64,000 nt of DNA. Source: an uncultured Clostridium sp. (GTDB lineage: Bacteria > Bacillota > Clostridia > TANB77 > CAG-508). Every line of letters begins with the position of its first letter. Positions within the stretch are counted from its first letter, which is position 1. The notes under the pieces were generated by a model. It searched no databases and was not told the DNA's origin. It saw only the letters and a program-made list of their open reading frames with translations. The stretch is from positions 28,201 through 92,200 of the forward strand of contig CANOWW010000005.1 in NCBI GenBank assembly GCA_947571115.1, written 5' to 3'. This document shows positions 1-10,050 of this stretch, piece after piece. The position numbers and the translations under genes were made by a program.

Positions 1-245
1 GTCATATCTTTTGGCAAATGGATGGATTTTAAATCTGCTGAAATATCTAGTACAACCGCAATTGCTCCATTTGCAATCGCTTCTTCTACATATTCATGCC
101 CATCAAAATCATAGCCTTTAATTGCCACAAAAAGTGAACCTTGTTTTACGGCTTTTGAATTACTTTCAATCGATTTTATCTCTAATTCAGCATCGCCCTT
201 TATTTTAAAATTTTCAATTCCTGTTAATAATTCTTTTAACTTCAT
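1..245 (-). CDS. murE: MurE (UDP-N-acetylmuramoyl-tripeptide synthetase), N-terminal part; gene runs off the window start
   Basis: Own translation from ATG at 243-245: MKLKELLTGIENFKIKGDAELEIKSIESNSKAVKQGSLFVAIKGYDFDGHEYVEEAIANGAIAVV, the typical MurE N-terminal pattern. A GGAGG RBS lies about 10 nt upstream. Absent from the ORF track because it is truncated. Confidence 0.7.
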   Translation of the reverse strand, partial: MKLKELLTGIENFKIKGDAELEIKSIESNSKAVKQGSLFVAIKGYDFDGHEYVEEAIANGAIAVVLDISADLKSIHLPKDM

Positions 246-378
246 TTGTTTATTTCCTCCATTCACAAAAAAGATTTTCTGCGTTTATTGTATACTTTAT
301 AGTAAGTTATATCATAAAAAAACAACTTTGTATAGCAAAATCTAAAAAATATTTTCTTACTTTAATTCTATTAATTTT

Positions 379-2593
379 CTAAAAATTTATGCGAGAAATT
401 ATTTTTTCAATTTCTTCCTTTGTCTCATGCAAAATATCCACTCTCACAAAATCCATCTGCAAGCCTTTTGCGCTCTGTTGCAAAGCCTTTGAATGAAAAA
501 TTTTGGCATGACAATTAACCATATCTGCAACCACTGGAAAAACAAAATTTTTTCTATCTTGCAATTCATAATTTCCCTTTTGACAAGCTTTTTGGCAATC
601 CCCATTTTTTCCAATCGGGCAATACTTTGAAGTCATCAGACAAGGTCTGCCATACACCACCAATTCTCTTTCCAAACCTGTGCAAAACTGCTGTATTTCC
701 TTCTTGTCAAGTTCTGGCGAAAGCGTAAAACGCTTGACTCCCAAATCCTGCAAAACTTTTTCTGACAAATCATTCGTAATATTTAAAGAATAATCTGCCA
801 CTATTTTTTTATCTATTTTCATTCGTTCTAACATTTCAATTTGTGATAAATGCGTAATCTGAATCGCTTTTACCTTTTCCAAAATTGGCTGATTTTCCTC
901 AATTAATTTTCGATACTTTTCATCCACAATAGTTGGCAAAACCGCAATACAATCTCGCATTTCTTTGCCCTTAATCAAATCCTTAAATGGCACATATATT
1001 TCATGATAATTCAAAGCAGAATAATCCATTTGGCTATCGAATTTTTGCAAATACAAATTTACCTTCGGCTTCTTTCCCTGAAACTTCTGCTTTGCTGGAA
1101 CTTCTAAAACAATCTCCTTGCCATTTTCCCTTAAAATACTATTTTCTAAAGCCTTTTCAAACTTTTCTAAAGCGTCTCTTCTGAGCTGATTTAATACGCT
1201 AACTGGCACTCTCAAATGCTCCACATCCACATCAACCTGTTTCATATAAAAAAACGTATTTCCCGTTTTTTGAATTTGACACAAAATTCTATCTTTGTCA
1301 AGTTCATTTACATCCGATTTTTGATACTTTATCGACGATTTTATGTTGATTTTATCATTGTACACCTCTAAGCATAGATTTTCTCCGTTTTTGATATAAT
1401 TTGCTCGATATTTCTACTTTTTTGACCTCTTTTTTGTAACTTTCCCACTGTTTTTTATTGAGCTGATTGCTCACAATTCGATAAACCTTATCTCCCAGTT
1501 TAATTTTTTCAATATTTTTGATTTCGCCCACACAATTTCCGTTTTTCACTTCTGAAATATAAGACGTGTTTTCGCAAATATTAATGACATCCCCTGTAAC
1601 TACCTGCTCTGCCAAATCAAGAATTATCCTTTTCTGCTTTTTGTCAATTCCCTCTACTTTTCCCACATATACACCTAAATGATTGGGCTTCTCTTTGTAA
1701 ACAATATTTTGCCTATTTTCAAAATAGCCAATTCCCATTCCACCTCGATTATAAATTTGCAAAATTTGCTTCAAATCCTCTGGCTCAAGCCTATATTCTC
1801 TCGTTTTATCTTTTGCCAAATCCAGATATTTTCGATACATTTTCGTCACAATTGAAACATATTCATAGGATTTTTTTCTGCCCTCGATTTTCAAACTATC
1901 GATTCCGAGCTCCACCAATTGTGGCAAAATTTCTAATGTACAAATATCTTTCGGACTCAGCAAATAACCGCTTTCCTCTTTTTTTCCGTTTTTTAATAAA
2001 TGATAATTTAAACGACACGGACCAGCACACAAGCCACGATTTCCGCTTCTTCCGCCCACAATACTACTAAACAAGCATTGCCCCGAATAGGAAACACACA
2101 AAGCACCATGCCCAAAACATTCCAATTCCATGTTGGTATTTTTTCGGATTTCTCCAATTTCTCGCAAGGACAATTCTCTGGCTAAAACTGCTCTCTTAAA
2201 ACCCAGTTTTTGCATCAGCTTTACGCCATCTAAATTAGAAATTGTCATTTGAGTGCTACAATGAATTGGCAAATCTGGAAAATGTTTGATAAGTTCTACA
2301 CCAAGTCCAATATCTTGTACAATAATCGCTGAAACCCCGCATTGATATGCAAACTTTGCTAGCTCTAAAGCATTACTTAATTCTGCCTGATACAACAATG
2401 TATTGAGCGTCAAATGCACGTCTCCCCCTCGCTTTCGCGCATACAAAATCGCTTCTTTTAATTCTGTTTTGTCAAAATTTTTCGCGCCTGCTCTGGCATT
2501 AAAGGCATTAGCCCCCAAATAAACAGCATCTGCACCATTTTGCACAGCAGCGATTAAATTATCAAAATTGCCCACTGGCGATAATAATTCCAT
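379..2593 (-). CDS. Peptidase U32 family protein (long form), one gene joined across an in-frame CGG +1 site at 1385-1387
   Basis: The N-terminal ORF 1355-2593 carries the U32 signature (ECFGHGALCVSYSGQCLFSS...RSGNRGLCAGPCR). Reading AAA (C)GGA GAA at 1385-1387 gives ...KLYQKGENLCLEVYNDKINIK..., which is continuous with ORF 379-1365. Total length is 3n+1. Confidence 0.8.
1385..1387 (-). other. In-frame CGG / +1 recoding site (U32 peptidase)
   Basis: Coding strand CAA AAA CGG AGA AAA; the frame resumes at GGA. Confidence 0.75.
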
Positions 2594-2620
2594 GTTATTT
2601 TATTTCCTCTTCTCTATTTT

Positions 2621-3352
2621 TTACATATTCCAACCACCATTTATCTCAATTACCTGCCCTGTTGTATAATCGTCCTCCATTAGCCATTTCACGCACTTGG
2701 CAATATCACTTGGCTTTCCAATCTTACCTAGTGGAATTTCATTTTTTACTTGTTCCCAATCTTTCTCAGATATTTGAGCTGTCATATCTGTCAAAATCAC
2801 ACCTGGCGCAATGCTATTGACGCGAATATTGGATAACCCAAATTCTTTGGCAAGCGCTTTCGTCATCCCATTAATCGCTGCTTTGGAAGCTGAATAATGC
2901 ACATCACATGAGCCACCATTGACACCATAAATTGACGAAATATTAATAATACAACCCTTTTTTTCATGCAACATATGCTTTAGAACTTCTTGACTACAGC
3001 AAAACACAGAATATAAATTATTTTGCATCATATGGTTCCAATCATCATCGGTTATATCCAAAAACATCTTCTCATCATCAATCCCTGCATTATTAATAAG
3101 TACATCGATTTTCCCATATTGATTTATCACAAAATCCACCATTTTACGCACTTCTTCTCTTTGGGACACATCACATTTAAAAATGTCAATCTCGAACCCA
3201 GCCTCTTTTAACTCATTTCTTAAACGCAAAGCCGCTTCAGATGACTGATTATAATTTGCAATCACTTGATAATCAGTTTGGGCAAGTGTTTTTGCTATTT
3301 CACGCCCAATCCCGCGTGATGCCCCTGTTACAAGAATTACTTTTCTATCCAT
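2621..3352 (-). CDS. SDR family oxidoreductase (FabG-like 3-oxoacyl-ACP reductase)
   Basis: MDRKVILVTGASRGIG Rossmann motif and a YSASK catalytic motif. Start moved to the ATG at 3350-3352; the longer ORF-track N-terminus is non-conserved. Confidence 0.8.
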   Translation of the reverse strand: MDRKVILVTGASRGIGREIAKTLAQTDYQVIANYNQSSEAALRLRNELKEAGFEIDIFKCDVSQREEVRKMVDFVINQYGKIDVLINNAGIDDEKMFLDITDDDWNHMMQNNLYSVFCCSQEVLKHMLHEKKGCIINISSIYGVNGGSCDVHYSASKAAINGMTKALAKEFGLSNIRVNSIAPGVILTDMTAQISEKDWEQVKNEIPLGKIGKPSDIAKCVKWLMEDDYTTGQVIEINGGWNM

Positions 3353-3463
3353 AATTTTGCTCCTTTTATTGGTTTTATCATACCATAAAAAGTTTTTTTC
3401 GTCAATTTTAAATATGCTCACACAAAAAACGTTATTGTTTGTTATCACAATAACGTTTTACTC

Positions 3464-4120
3464 TCACATTTTTCTAAATACACCAGTCACTTTTCCTAAA
3501 ATCTCACAATTCGGAACAATAATTGGCTCCATTGTTGAATTTTCAGGTTGCAATCTGATGTGATCTTTTTCTTTATAAAAAGTCTTTACAGTAGCCTCAT
3601 CTTCTATCAAAGCAACAACAATTTCCCCATTAATTGCCGAATTTTGCTTTCTCACTAAAATATAATCTCCGTTTAAAATTCCTGCTTCAATCATGCTCTC
3701 CCCTCTTACAACAAGCATGAAACTTTCACTATTTCCCACAAAATCTAATGGTATCGGAAAAGTGTCAGTTATATTTTCAACTGCTAAAATTGGCTCTCCA
3801 GCCGTAATTTTTCCTACAATTGGAACATTTACCATTTCGCGATCAGAATAAAATTCTTTCTCAAATGTTTCTTGCGGCTCCTCCAAAGCTCCACCTTTTA
3901 ATAATTTCAAAGTTCTACCTTTTTGGCTTTCTTTCTTAATATAACCTTTACGTTCTAATGCCTCTAAATAGCCATGCACAGTCGCTGTTGATTTTAATCC
4001 CACTGCTTTTCCAATTTCCCTTACAGATGGTGGATAGCCATTGGCTTTTATCTGTTTTTCAATAAACTTCAATATCGCTTTTTCTCTTTTATTAATACTA
4101 TTGGGATCTTTTTTCTTCAT
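3464..4120 (-). CDS. lexA: LexA SOS repressor
   Basis: N-terminal winged-helix motif (GYPPSVREIGKAVGLKSTATVHGYLEALERKGYI) and a C-terminal S24 peptidase domain (LVVRGESMIEAGI...). ATG at 4118-4120 with a GGAG RBS 8 nt upstream. Confidence 0.9.
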   Translation of the reverse strand: MKKKDPNSINKREKAILKFIEKQIKANGYPPSVREIGKAVGLKSTATVHGYLEALERKGYIKKESQKGRTLKLLKGGALEEPQETFEKEFYSDREMVNVPIVGKITAGEPILAVENITDTFPIPLDFVGNSESFMLVVRGESMIEAGILNGDYILVRKQNSAINGEIVVALIEDEATVKTFYKEKDHIRLQPENSTMEPIIVPNCEILGKVTGVFRKM

Positions 4121-4151
4121 AAATATCACTCCTTTTCACTTTTTGCGCAGA

Positions 4152-4210
4152 GAAATTTTGTTTGTAAAAATATTTTATCACAAAACATTTGATTTGTCAA
4201 ACAAAAGTTT
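4152..4210 (-). promoter_or_regulatory. Candidate lexA promoter with two degenerate SOS (Cheo-type) boxes
   Basis: On the minus strand: TTGACA (4195-4200), a 17-nt spacer, then TAAAAT (4172-4177). AAAC-N4-GTTT (4199-4210) overlaps the -35 box, and AAAC-N4-TTTC (4152-4163) lies downstream of the -10 box. Compare the Gram-positive consensus GAAC-N4-GTTC. Confidence 0.35.
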
Positions 4211-4287
4211 ACTTTTTTTGTATTTTTTTGCCACAAAAAAAGAACTTATCTAAAACATTTTCTGTTCCTAATTAAGTTCTTCCTATT

Positions 4288-4743
4288 TTATGCATCATTA
4301 TCATCTTTTTTATCCTGCAATAATTCCAACTGTGAAATCAATAATGCTTCCATTTTTGCTTTATACACTTCAAATTGTTTCTTTAAATCCTCTGTTCTTC
4401 TACGAACTTCCACTTCATCTTTATTGACATTTTCAACCATTTTTTGTGCTTCTAATTTTGCCTCATTAATAATTTGATCGGCTTGCTTTTGTGCCATATT
4501 TTTAATATCTTCTGCGGTTGTTTGGGCCATGACTAAAGTATTTTGCAAGGTACGCTCAACAGTTTTAAAGCGTTCTATTTCTTTCTGTTGTTCATCAAAT
4601 TTACTCTTATATTCGGCATTTTCTTTATAAAGTTTTTCGTACTCCAAAGTTAACTGATCCAAAAAGTCATCCACTTCGTCTACATTATATCCTTTCAGAG
4701 TCCTTGTAAACTTCTTATTCTCAATATCTAAAGGTGTCAACAT
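4288..4743 (-). CDS. divIVA: DivIVA domain cell-division protein
   Basis: MLTPLDIENKKFTRTLKGYNVDEVDDFLDQL is the canonical DivIVA N-terminus; the rest is coiled-coil. Confidence 0.85.
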   Translation of the reverse strand: MLTPLDIENKKFTRTLKGYNVDEVDDFLDQLTLEYEKLYKENAEYKSKFDEQQKEIERFKTVERTLQNTLVMAQTTAEDIKNMAQKQADQIINEAKLEAQKMVENVNKDEVEVRRRTEDLKKQFEVYKAKMEALLISQLELLQDKKDDNDA

Positions 4744-4764
4744 ATGTTTGCCCTCCTATTTTTA

Positions 4765-5241
4765 TTATTTAATCCCAAATCCTGAAAATTTGCTATCTAG
4801 CTTTTCTTTTGAAAACTGATTTTCTATATCATAATTATATGGGGCAATAACAAATATAGAATTAGAAACCTTTTCCATATTGCCATCTAAAGCTTTCACA
4901 GCTCCACTTACAACATCTACAATTCTTCTTCCCACTTCTTTGCTAACGTATTCTAAGTTAATCACAACAGAATTTTTATTTTTCAATTGTGCAATAATTT
5001 CATTTGCTTGCTCGAATGTTGTTGGTTTTGAAATTTGCATTTTAATTTGCTGTGCTTTTGGCATAGGGACTACTTTGCTTCTACCTTTGTTAAACAAGCT
5101 TAGTTTGCTTTCGCTTTCCTCTTCTTCATCCGCATAATCATAGTCGTATTCCGTGTTGTCATACTCTTCATCGTATTCCTCTGCTTGCTCCTCTTCTCCC
5201 CAAAAATAATTCATAATTTTCTTGATTGCTGTTCCTGCCAC
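4765..5241 (-). CDS. sepF: Cell division protein SepF
   Basis: Acidic linker followed by the conserved SepF core (KPTTFEQANEIIAQLKNKNSVVINLEYV...IFVIAP). GTG start with a GGAGG RBS. Confidence 0.85.
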   Translation of the reverse strand: MAGTAIKKIMNYFWGEEEQAEEYDEEYDNTEYDYDYADEEEESESKLSLFNKGRSKVVPMPKAQQIKMQISKPTTFEQANEIIAQLKNKNSVVINLEYVSKEVGRRIVDVVSGAVKALDGNMEKVSNSIFVIAPYNYDIENQFSKEKLDSKFSGFGIK

Positions 5242-5289
5242 TTTCCCAAACCTCCTATATATTTTTCCTTCGTGTTATAACATACATAT

Positions 5290-5318
5290 AGTATCTTACT
5301 TTTTGTCTCGATTGTCAA
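5290..5318 (-). promoter_or_regulatory. Candidate sigma-A promoter upstream of sepF
   Basis: Minus strand: TTGACA (5313-5318), a 17-nt spacer, then GATACT (5290-5295). Confidence 0.3.
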
Positions 5319-5423
5319 TACCTTTTTAGCAATTTTAACCATTGTTACACAAACTTAACACTTTTGTAATATTTTAGTTTTTTTGTAATATTTTTGTAAT
5401 AATTTGTCGTTTTTTATTTTTCT

Positions 5424-6652
5424 TTAATGTAACAAAATTTCATCATACACACTCAATTTTGCACATTTTGCAACATATTCCTGATCAAAACCTAATTCTG
5501 TCAATTCTTCATCTGTATAATTTTCAATAATGGAATATGTATCATTTTGTCGTAAAATTTTCACATAAATTTTATCACTAAAACCTGCCTTACTTCTCTC
5601 AATATAACTCAAATCATTTTCTTCCAAAATCGCTGAATTACTAATCTTAAGCCCACTATAACTCCACCAAATCACATCTACATATATTTCACGATACTGT
5701 GCTAACGACTCCACATGCTCCGTAATTTTAAACACAATCACCCTGTGCTCTCCCTCCTCTTGCACAATATATTCAATCGTCGCCTCTACTTCTACTGCCT
5801 CCGAAATTCGCAAAAGCACTTTATCCCCGCACTTTAGCCGTAGACGCCTTTTCGGTATTCATTGGGCAGGCAATATAACATTCAAAATTATTCATCACTT
5901 TGCCTTTTTCTGTGCTTGTCGCAATCATACTGCTAGACTTTGTATCCAGAGATTTCAAAAAATCGGTACTCAAATAGCTAAAATCCTTCACACCGCAAAA
6001 TTTCTTCTAAACCATCTACACGATAAGAAACCATTCCAGCTATCGGCGAATGAATCACTTCTGAACTATTACTCAAACTGCTTTCCAAAGAATTTCTCTG
6101 TTCAATCAAAGACTTGACATGCGAATCCGCAGGGCTCAAATTTCCTGTTATTTTTGTCTTTTTAGAAACATATGTATCAAGCTCTGTAATCTTATCTTGA
6201 ATTTCTTCTAAATCATTCAATTCATAAATGGAATTTACCAACTTTTCAATCTGATTTTCCAAATTAGTTATATCCGTCGACCAAATCATCAAGCCACTAC
6301 TTTCAATTTCAGCATTAATCTCATCATCCAAATTCGCTATCTTGCTCAAAATCTCCTCTTCTCCATTCGAGTAATAACGAAACGCTGGGCTATTCTTCGC
6401 AATTCGCTGTCCCTCCGAAACAATCGGAACCATGCCATTTTTGTAATTTTCTCCTTGCAAAACAACCTCTTCACGTAAAATATACCCTTCTGCACTTTCC
6501 TCAAACCTCAGTGAACCTTGCTCTACCACACAAATTTGCGCAATATTTTGCAAAAGTTCAATTCCCTTTTGAACAACAAGAATAAAACAAGCCAAAACAA
6601 TAATACCGATGATGATTCTAAAAAAACTTAATTTGTTTTCTTCATCCTTCAA
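5424..6652 (-). CDS. HlyD-like (barrel-sandwich, membrane-fusion type) membrane protein; one gene joined across two in-frame CGG +1 sites
   Basis: N-terminal TM segment plus a coiled-coil region. ORFs 5978-6652 and 5424-5819 are linked through a middle segment: ...EEIL(C)GVKDFSYLSTDFL...TAKV(C)GDKVLLRISE. Length is 3n+2. The family call is tentative. Confidence 0.55.
5827..5829 (-). other. In-frame CGG / +1 recoding site (HlyD-like, site 2)
   Basis: AAA GTG CGG GGA TAA; the frame resumes at GGG, giving GDKVLL. Confidence 0.7.
5993..5995 (-). other. In-frame CGG / +1 recoding site (HlyD-like, site 1)
   Basis: ATT TTG CGG TGT GAA; the frame resumes at GGT. Confidence 0.7.
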
Positions 6653-7572
6653 TTTTTATATTCCTCCAAAATAATAGCTATATTATCTTGTATCCCATCT
6701 TCTGCCGCAAGCCAAATTGTCTCTTTATTTTTACGAAACCACGTCAGTTGCCTTTTCGCATATCTTCTCGTCTCCTGCTTAATTTTCTCCACCATTTCCT
6801 CATAGGTGCACTTTTCTTCCAAATATTCGACCACTTCTTTATAGCCCAAACCCTGCATCGCTGTCGGAAAACGCTGATACTTTTCTTTCAAATTTCGCAC
6901 TTCTTCCACCAAACCTTGCTCCAACATCAAATCCACACGACGATTAATACGTTCATACAATTTTTCTCGTTCCATATTCAAAGCAAAAACCTTAAAATCA
7001 TATTTCACGCCCTTTTGCCTTGACCAAATTTCCTGTTGCGTTTTATTCACTCCAGTCGCCTTATAAATTTCCAAAATGCGAACAATTCTTTTTTTGTCAT
7101 TTGGACTAATTTTCTGTGTCGCCTCTTCATCAATTGCTTTTGCCTCTTCGTATAATTCTCTCAAGCCTTCTTCCGTCTGCGCCTTTTCCATCAACAAATC
7201 GCGATATTCTTGGTCAAACTCCATATCTGGATACATAATTCCATACACCACAGAATCCACATACAGCCCCGTTCCGCCAACCATAATCGGCACTTTTCCT
7301 TTTTCCAAAATTTCCTTTATCGCATTTTCACAATCTCGCTTAAAATCCGAAACCGAATATCTTTCCTCAGGAGACACAAAATCTACCAAATAATGCTTAA
7401 TTCCTTGCATTTCCTCTTTGGTCACTTTCGCAGTCCCAATATCCATATCTTGGTAAATTTGCATCGAATCACTAGAAATAATTTCGCCATCTATTTTCTT
7501 GGCAAGCTCAATTGATAACGCTGTTTTTCCAGACGCGGTCGGACCTGCAATTACAATTACTTTTGGTTTCAT
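6649..7572 (-). CDS. miaA: tRNA dimethylallyltransferase MiaA
   Basis: MKPKVIVIAGPTASGKT P-loop and overall IPPT family similarity. ATG at 7570-7572 with a GGAGGAG RBS. Confidence 0.9.
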   Translation of the reverse strand: MKPKVIVIAGPTASGKTALSIELAKKIDGEIISSDSMQIYQDMDIGTAKVTKEEMQGIKHYLVDFVSPEERYSVSDFKRDCENAIKEILEKGKVPIMVGGTGLYVDSVVYGIMYPDMEFDQEYRDLLMEKAQTEEGLRELYEEAKAIDEEATQKISPNDKKRIVRILEIYKATGVNKTQQEIWSRQKGVKYDFKVFALNMEREKLYERINRRVDLMLEQGLVEEVRNLKEKYQRFPTAMQGLGYKEVVEYLEEKCTYEEMVEKIKQETRRYAKRQLTWFRKNKETIWLAAEDGIQDNIAIILEEYKN

Positions 7573-7597
7573 TTTTCTCCTCCATTTTTCAGTTTTT

Positions 7598-7626
7598 CCA
7601 ACTATTAAAGAATCTTTAATAGTTGG
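7598..7626. repeat. REP-like perfect palindrome, copy 1 (CCAACTATTAAAG-AAT-CTTTAATAGTTGG)
   Basis: 13-bp arms with a 3-nt loop. It sits between the mutL stop and the miaA start, 26 nt upstream of the miaA ATG. The core ACTATTAAAGAATCTTTAATAGT is identical to the copies at 11865 and 41316. Confidence 0.85.
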
Positions 7627-7665
7627 ATTTTTACTAAACATGGCGCGCAACTAAAGTTAACATTG

Positions 7666-10050
7666 CTATTTTCGTGCAAATTTACGTTCTAAATCATACT
7701 TCGTCATTTTAATCGCAGTCGGGCGACCATGTGGACATGTAAACGGATTTGGCAAATGCAATAATTCCTGCATCAAACTATCCACCTCTTGCAAATCCAA
7801 TTTCATATGCGCTTTCACTGCTGCTTTACAAGCCACTGTTGCAATAAACTTATCTTCTTTTTCCTGTGTTGCCGTTACCGCAACTGTGTTAATTTCGTCT
7901 AGCAGTTCCAAAAATAATTGTTTCGTATTCATACTTTCACACATACTTGGCACTTGTGTGACCTTAATGGTATTATCCCCAAATTCTTCAAATACAAAAC
8001 CTGCTTTTGCAAACATTTCTACATTTTCTCTAGCAATATCCATTTCTTTATTTGTCAGTTGCACAATATCTGGAAGTAACAAAAGTTGCGAATCTTTCTC
8101 TTCGTCCCTATAATAATTTGCTTTTACCTTTTCATACAAAATTCGCTCGTGTGCTGCATGTTGGTCAATCATGTACAGCTCGTCTTTCATTTCTATCATA
8201 ATATAAGTGGAAAACGCAATTCCAATAAATTTATATGGAATATTCGCATATTCTTCTGAATTGTCAAACAAACTTTCATTTAGGGCACCTGCATATTCCA
8301 CTTGTGCCACATCTAACTTCTCGCCTACGTCCTCTTTTTTGGGCTCACTCTTTCGATTGGCATTGACCTCAATTCCAAACGCCTTTTTATACATTTCTTC
8401 AAATTCTGGCGTAATTTCTGGAATTTCTTTTAGCGCTTCTTTCACTTTTGTGGTGTCAATCATTTCTGTGCTGTCTTCGTCTTTTAATTTCGCCTCTAAC
8501 AATTTGTCCACAACATTGGTAATAAACTCATCTTTTTTCTCTTCTGCTATTTTTATTTCTGCTTCTGTTTTTTCCTCTTCCGGCAGCTTGATTGTTTCAT
8601 CCGTTACAGGCTCTTTTGGCTGTTCTATTTGCAGCGTTTCATCTTTTGCCAAGCTCTCTGGCTCTTTGCTGATTTGAATGGTATCTTGATTTTCTTCTAC
8701 TTTTTCCTTCACTGCTACCACATTAATTTCTTGTGTATTACTTGAAATTCTTGTATTACCAAATTGAATGGCTCGTCCTGCTTCGTCATATTCTTTCTCT
8801 TTTTCTTCTGCCACTTTATCTGCAATCGAACCCGTTTTATATAAATCCTCTAATTTGTTTTCAGAAGCCATTTTGGGCGTTTCCAGTTTGGCACCTGTTT
8901 GCATTGTCTTTTCAGGCGTTATTTGAGAAATCAATGAATTAATTGCTTGAATTCTTTCCTCAATTGTCATTCCTTCTTTGATTTCCAATTTTGGACCTTC
9001 GTCTTTTGGTTCCTCCTTTTTCGTTTCAAGCTCAATTGGTCTTTCTACATTTTCTACCAATTCTGATTTTCCAAACCCTGCTTTTATTGCATGATATACT
9101 GCTTTAAATACCGCATTTTCATCTTGAAAACGAACCTCGAGTTTCGCAGGATGTACATTCACGTCTAGCTTTTGTGGATTCATTTCCAAATTCAAAATCA
9201 CAAAACCAAATTTTCCAATTGGAATCATACCTTTGTAGGCTTGATCAACTGCTGCTGTTAAATTCTTATCTTTAATATATCTACCATTGACAAAAAAGAT
9301 TTGATTTTGACGATTTGCTCTTGCAATTTCTGGCTTTCCTACCACTCCACTCACTTTGATATCTTCATAAATGTATTCTACTTCCATGATGCCATTGGCA
9401 ATATCTTTCCCATAAATGCTATAAATGATATTTTTAAAATCGCCACTGCCATTGGTTTGAAGAATTGTTTTTCCTGAACTTATGAGTTTAATTGAAATTT
9501 CTTTATTAACCAAAGCAATGCGTCTTACATTGTCTTCTATGTAACCACTTTCCGTATAATCTTTTTTCAAAAATTTGTAACGCACTGGTGTGTTAAAAAA
9601 TAAATTTCGGACCGTAATCGTTGTCCCAACAGGACATCCAATTTCTGCTTTTTCTAAAACTTTTCCGCCTTCCACGACAATTTTATGTCCAATTTCCTCT
9701 CCTTCTTTTTTAGAAATCATCTCGACATTCGCAATGGCTGCAATGCTCGCCAAAGCCTCGCCACGAAACCCCATTGTCGTCACTGTTTCCAAATCAACTG
9801 CTTTTCTAATTTTACTGGTTGCATGCCTCTCAAAAGCCATTTCCATATCCTCCTCTGAAATTCCTGAACCATTATCTGTAATCTTAATAAACAAAATTCC
9901 GCCATTCTTAATTTCAACTGTTATGTTTTTCGCCCCAGCATCAATTGAATTTTCAACCATTTCTTTGACCACAGAAGCAGGTCTTTCAATCACTTCTCCA
10001 GCCGCTATTTTATTAATTGTTAAATCATCTAAAAGAACAATATTCCCCAT
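7666..10050 (-). CDS. mutL: DNA mismatch repair protein MutL, with a long E/K/T-rich linker
   Basis: GHKL ATPase N-terminus (LDDLTINKIAAGEVIERPASVVKEMVENSIDAG) and the C-terminal endonuclease motif region (DQHAAHERILYE...CPHGRP). Confidence 0.95.
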   Translation of the reverse strand: MGNIVLLDDLTINKIAAGEVIERPASVVKEMVENSIDAGAKNITVEIKNGGILFIKITDNGSGISEEDMEMAFERHATSKIRKAVDLETVTTMGFRGEALASIAAIANVEMISKKEGEEIGHKIVVEGGKVLEKAEIGCPVGTTITVRNLFFNTPVRYKFLKKDYTESGYIEDNVRRIALVNKEISIKLISSGKTILQTNGSGDFKNIIYSIYGKDIANGIMEVEYIYEDIKVSGVVGKPEIARANRQNQIFFVNGRYIKDKNLTAAVDQAYKGMIPIGKFGFVILNLEMNPQKLDVNVHPAKLEVRFQDENAVFKAVYHAIKAGFGKSELVENVERPIELETKKEEPKDEGPKLEIKEGMTIEERIQAINSLISQITPEKTMQTGAKLETPKMASENKLEDLYKTGSIADKVAEEKEKEYDEAGRAIQFGNTRISSNTQEINVVAVKEKVEENQDTIQISKEPESLAKDETLQIEQPKEPVTDETIKLPEEEKTEAEIKIAEEKKDEFITNVVDKLLEAKLKDEDSTEMIDTTKVKEALKEIPEITPEFEEMYKKAFGIEVNANRKSEPKKEDVGEKLDVAQVEYAGALNESLFDNSEEYANIPYKFIGIAFSTYIMIEMKDELYMIDQHAAHERILYEKVKANYYRDEEKDSQLLLLPDIVQLTNKEMDIARENVEMFAKAGFVFEEFGDNTIKVTQVPSMCESMNTKQLFLELLDEINTVAVTATQEKEDKFIATVACKAAVKAHMKLDLQEVDSLMQELLHLPNPFTCPHGRPTAIKMTKYDLERKFARK

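Noticed and set aside
2621-3448. The long N-terminal extension of the SDR ORF, and similar extensions of the miaA, ylbF, NUDIX, cotJA and zinc-ribbon ORFs
   Set aside because: The conserved family N-termini begin at internal ATGs that have proper RBS spacing. The extensions are unconserved and run across intergenic hairpins.
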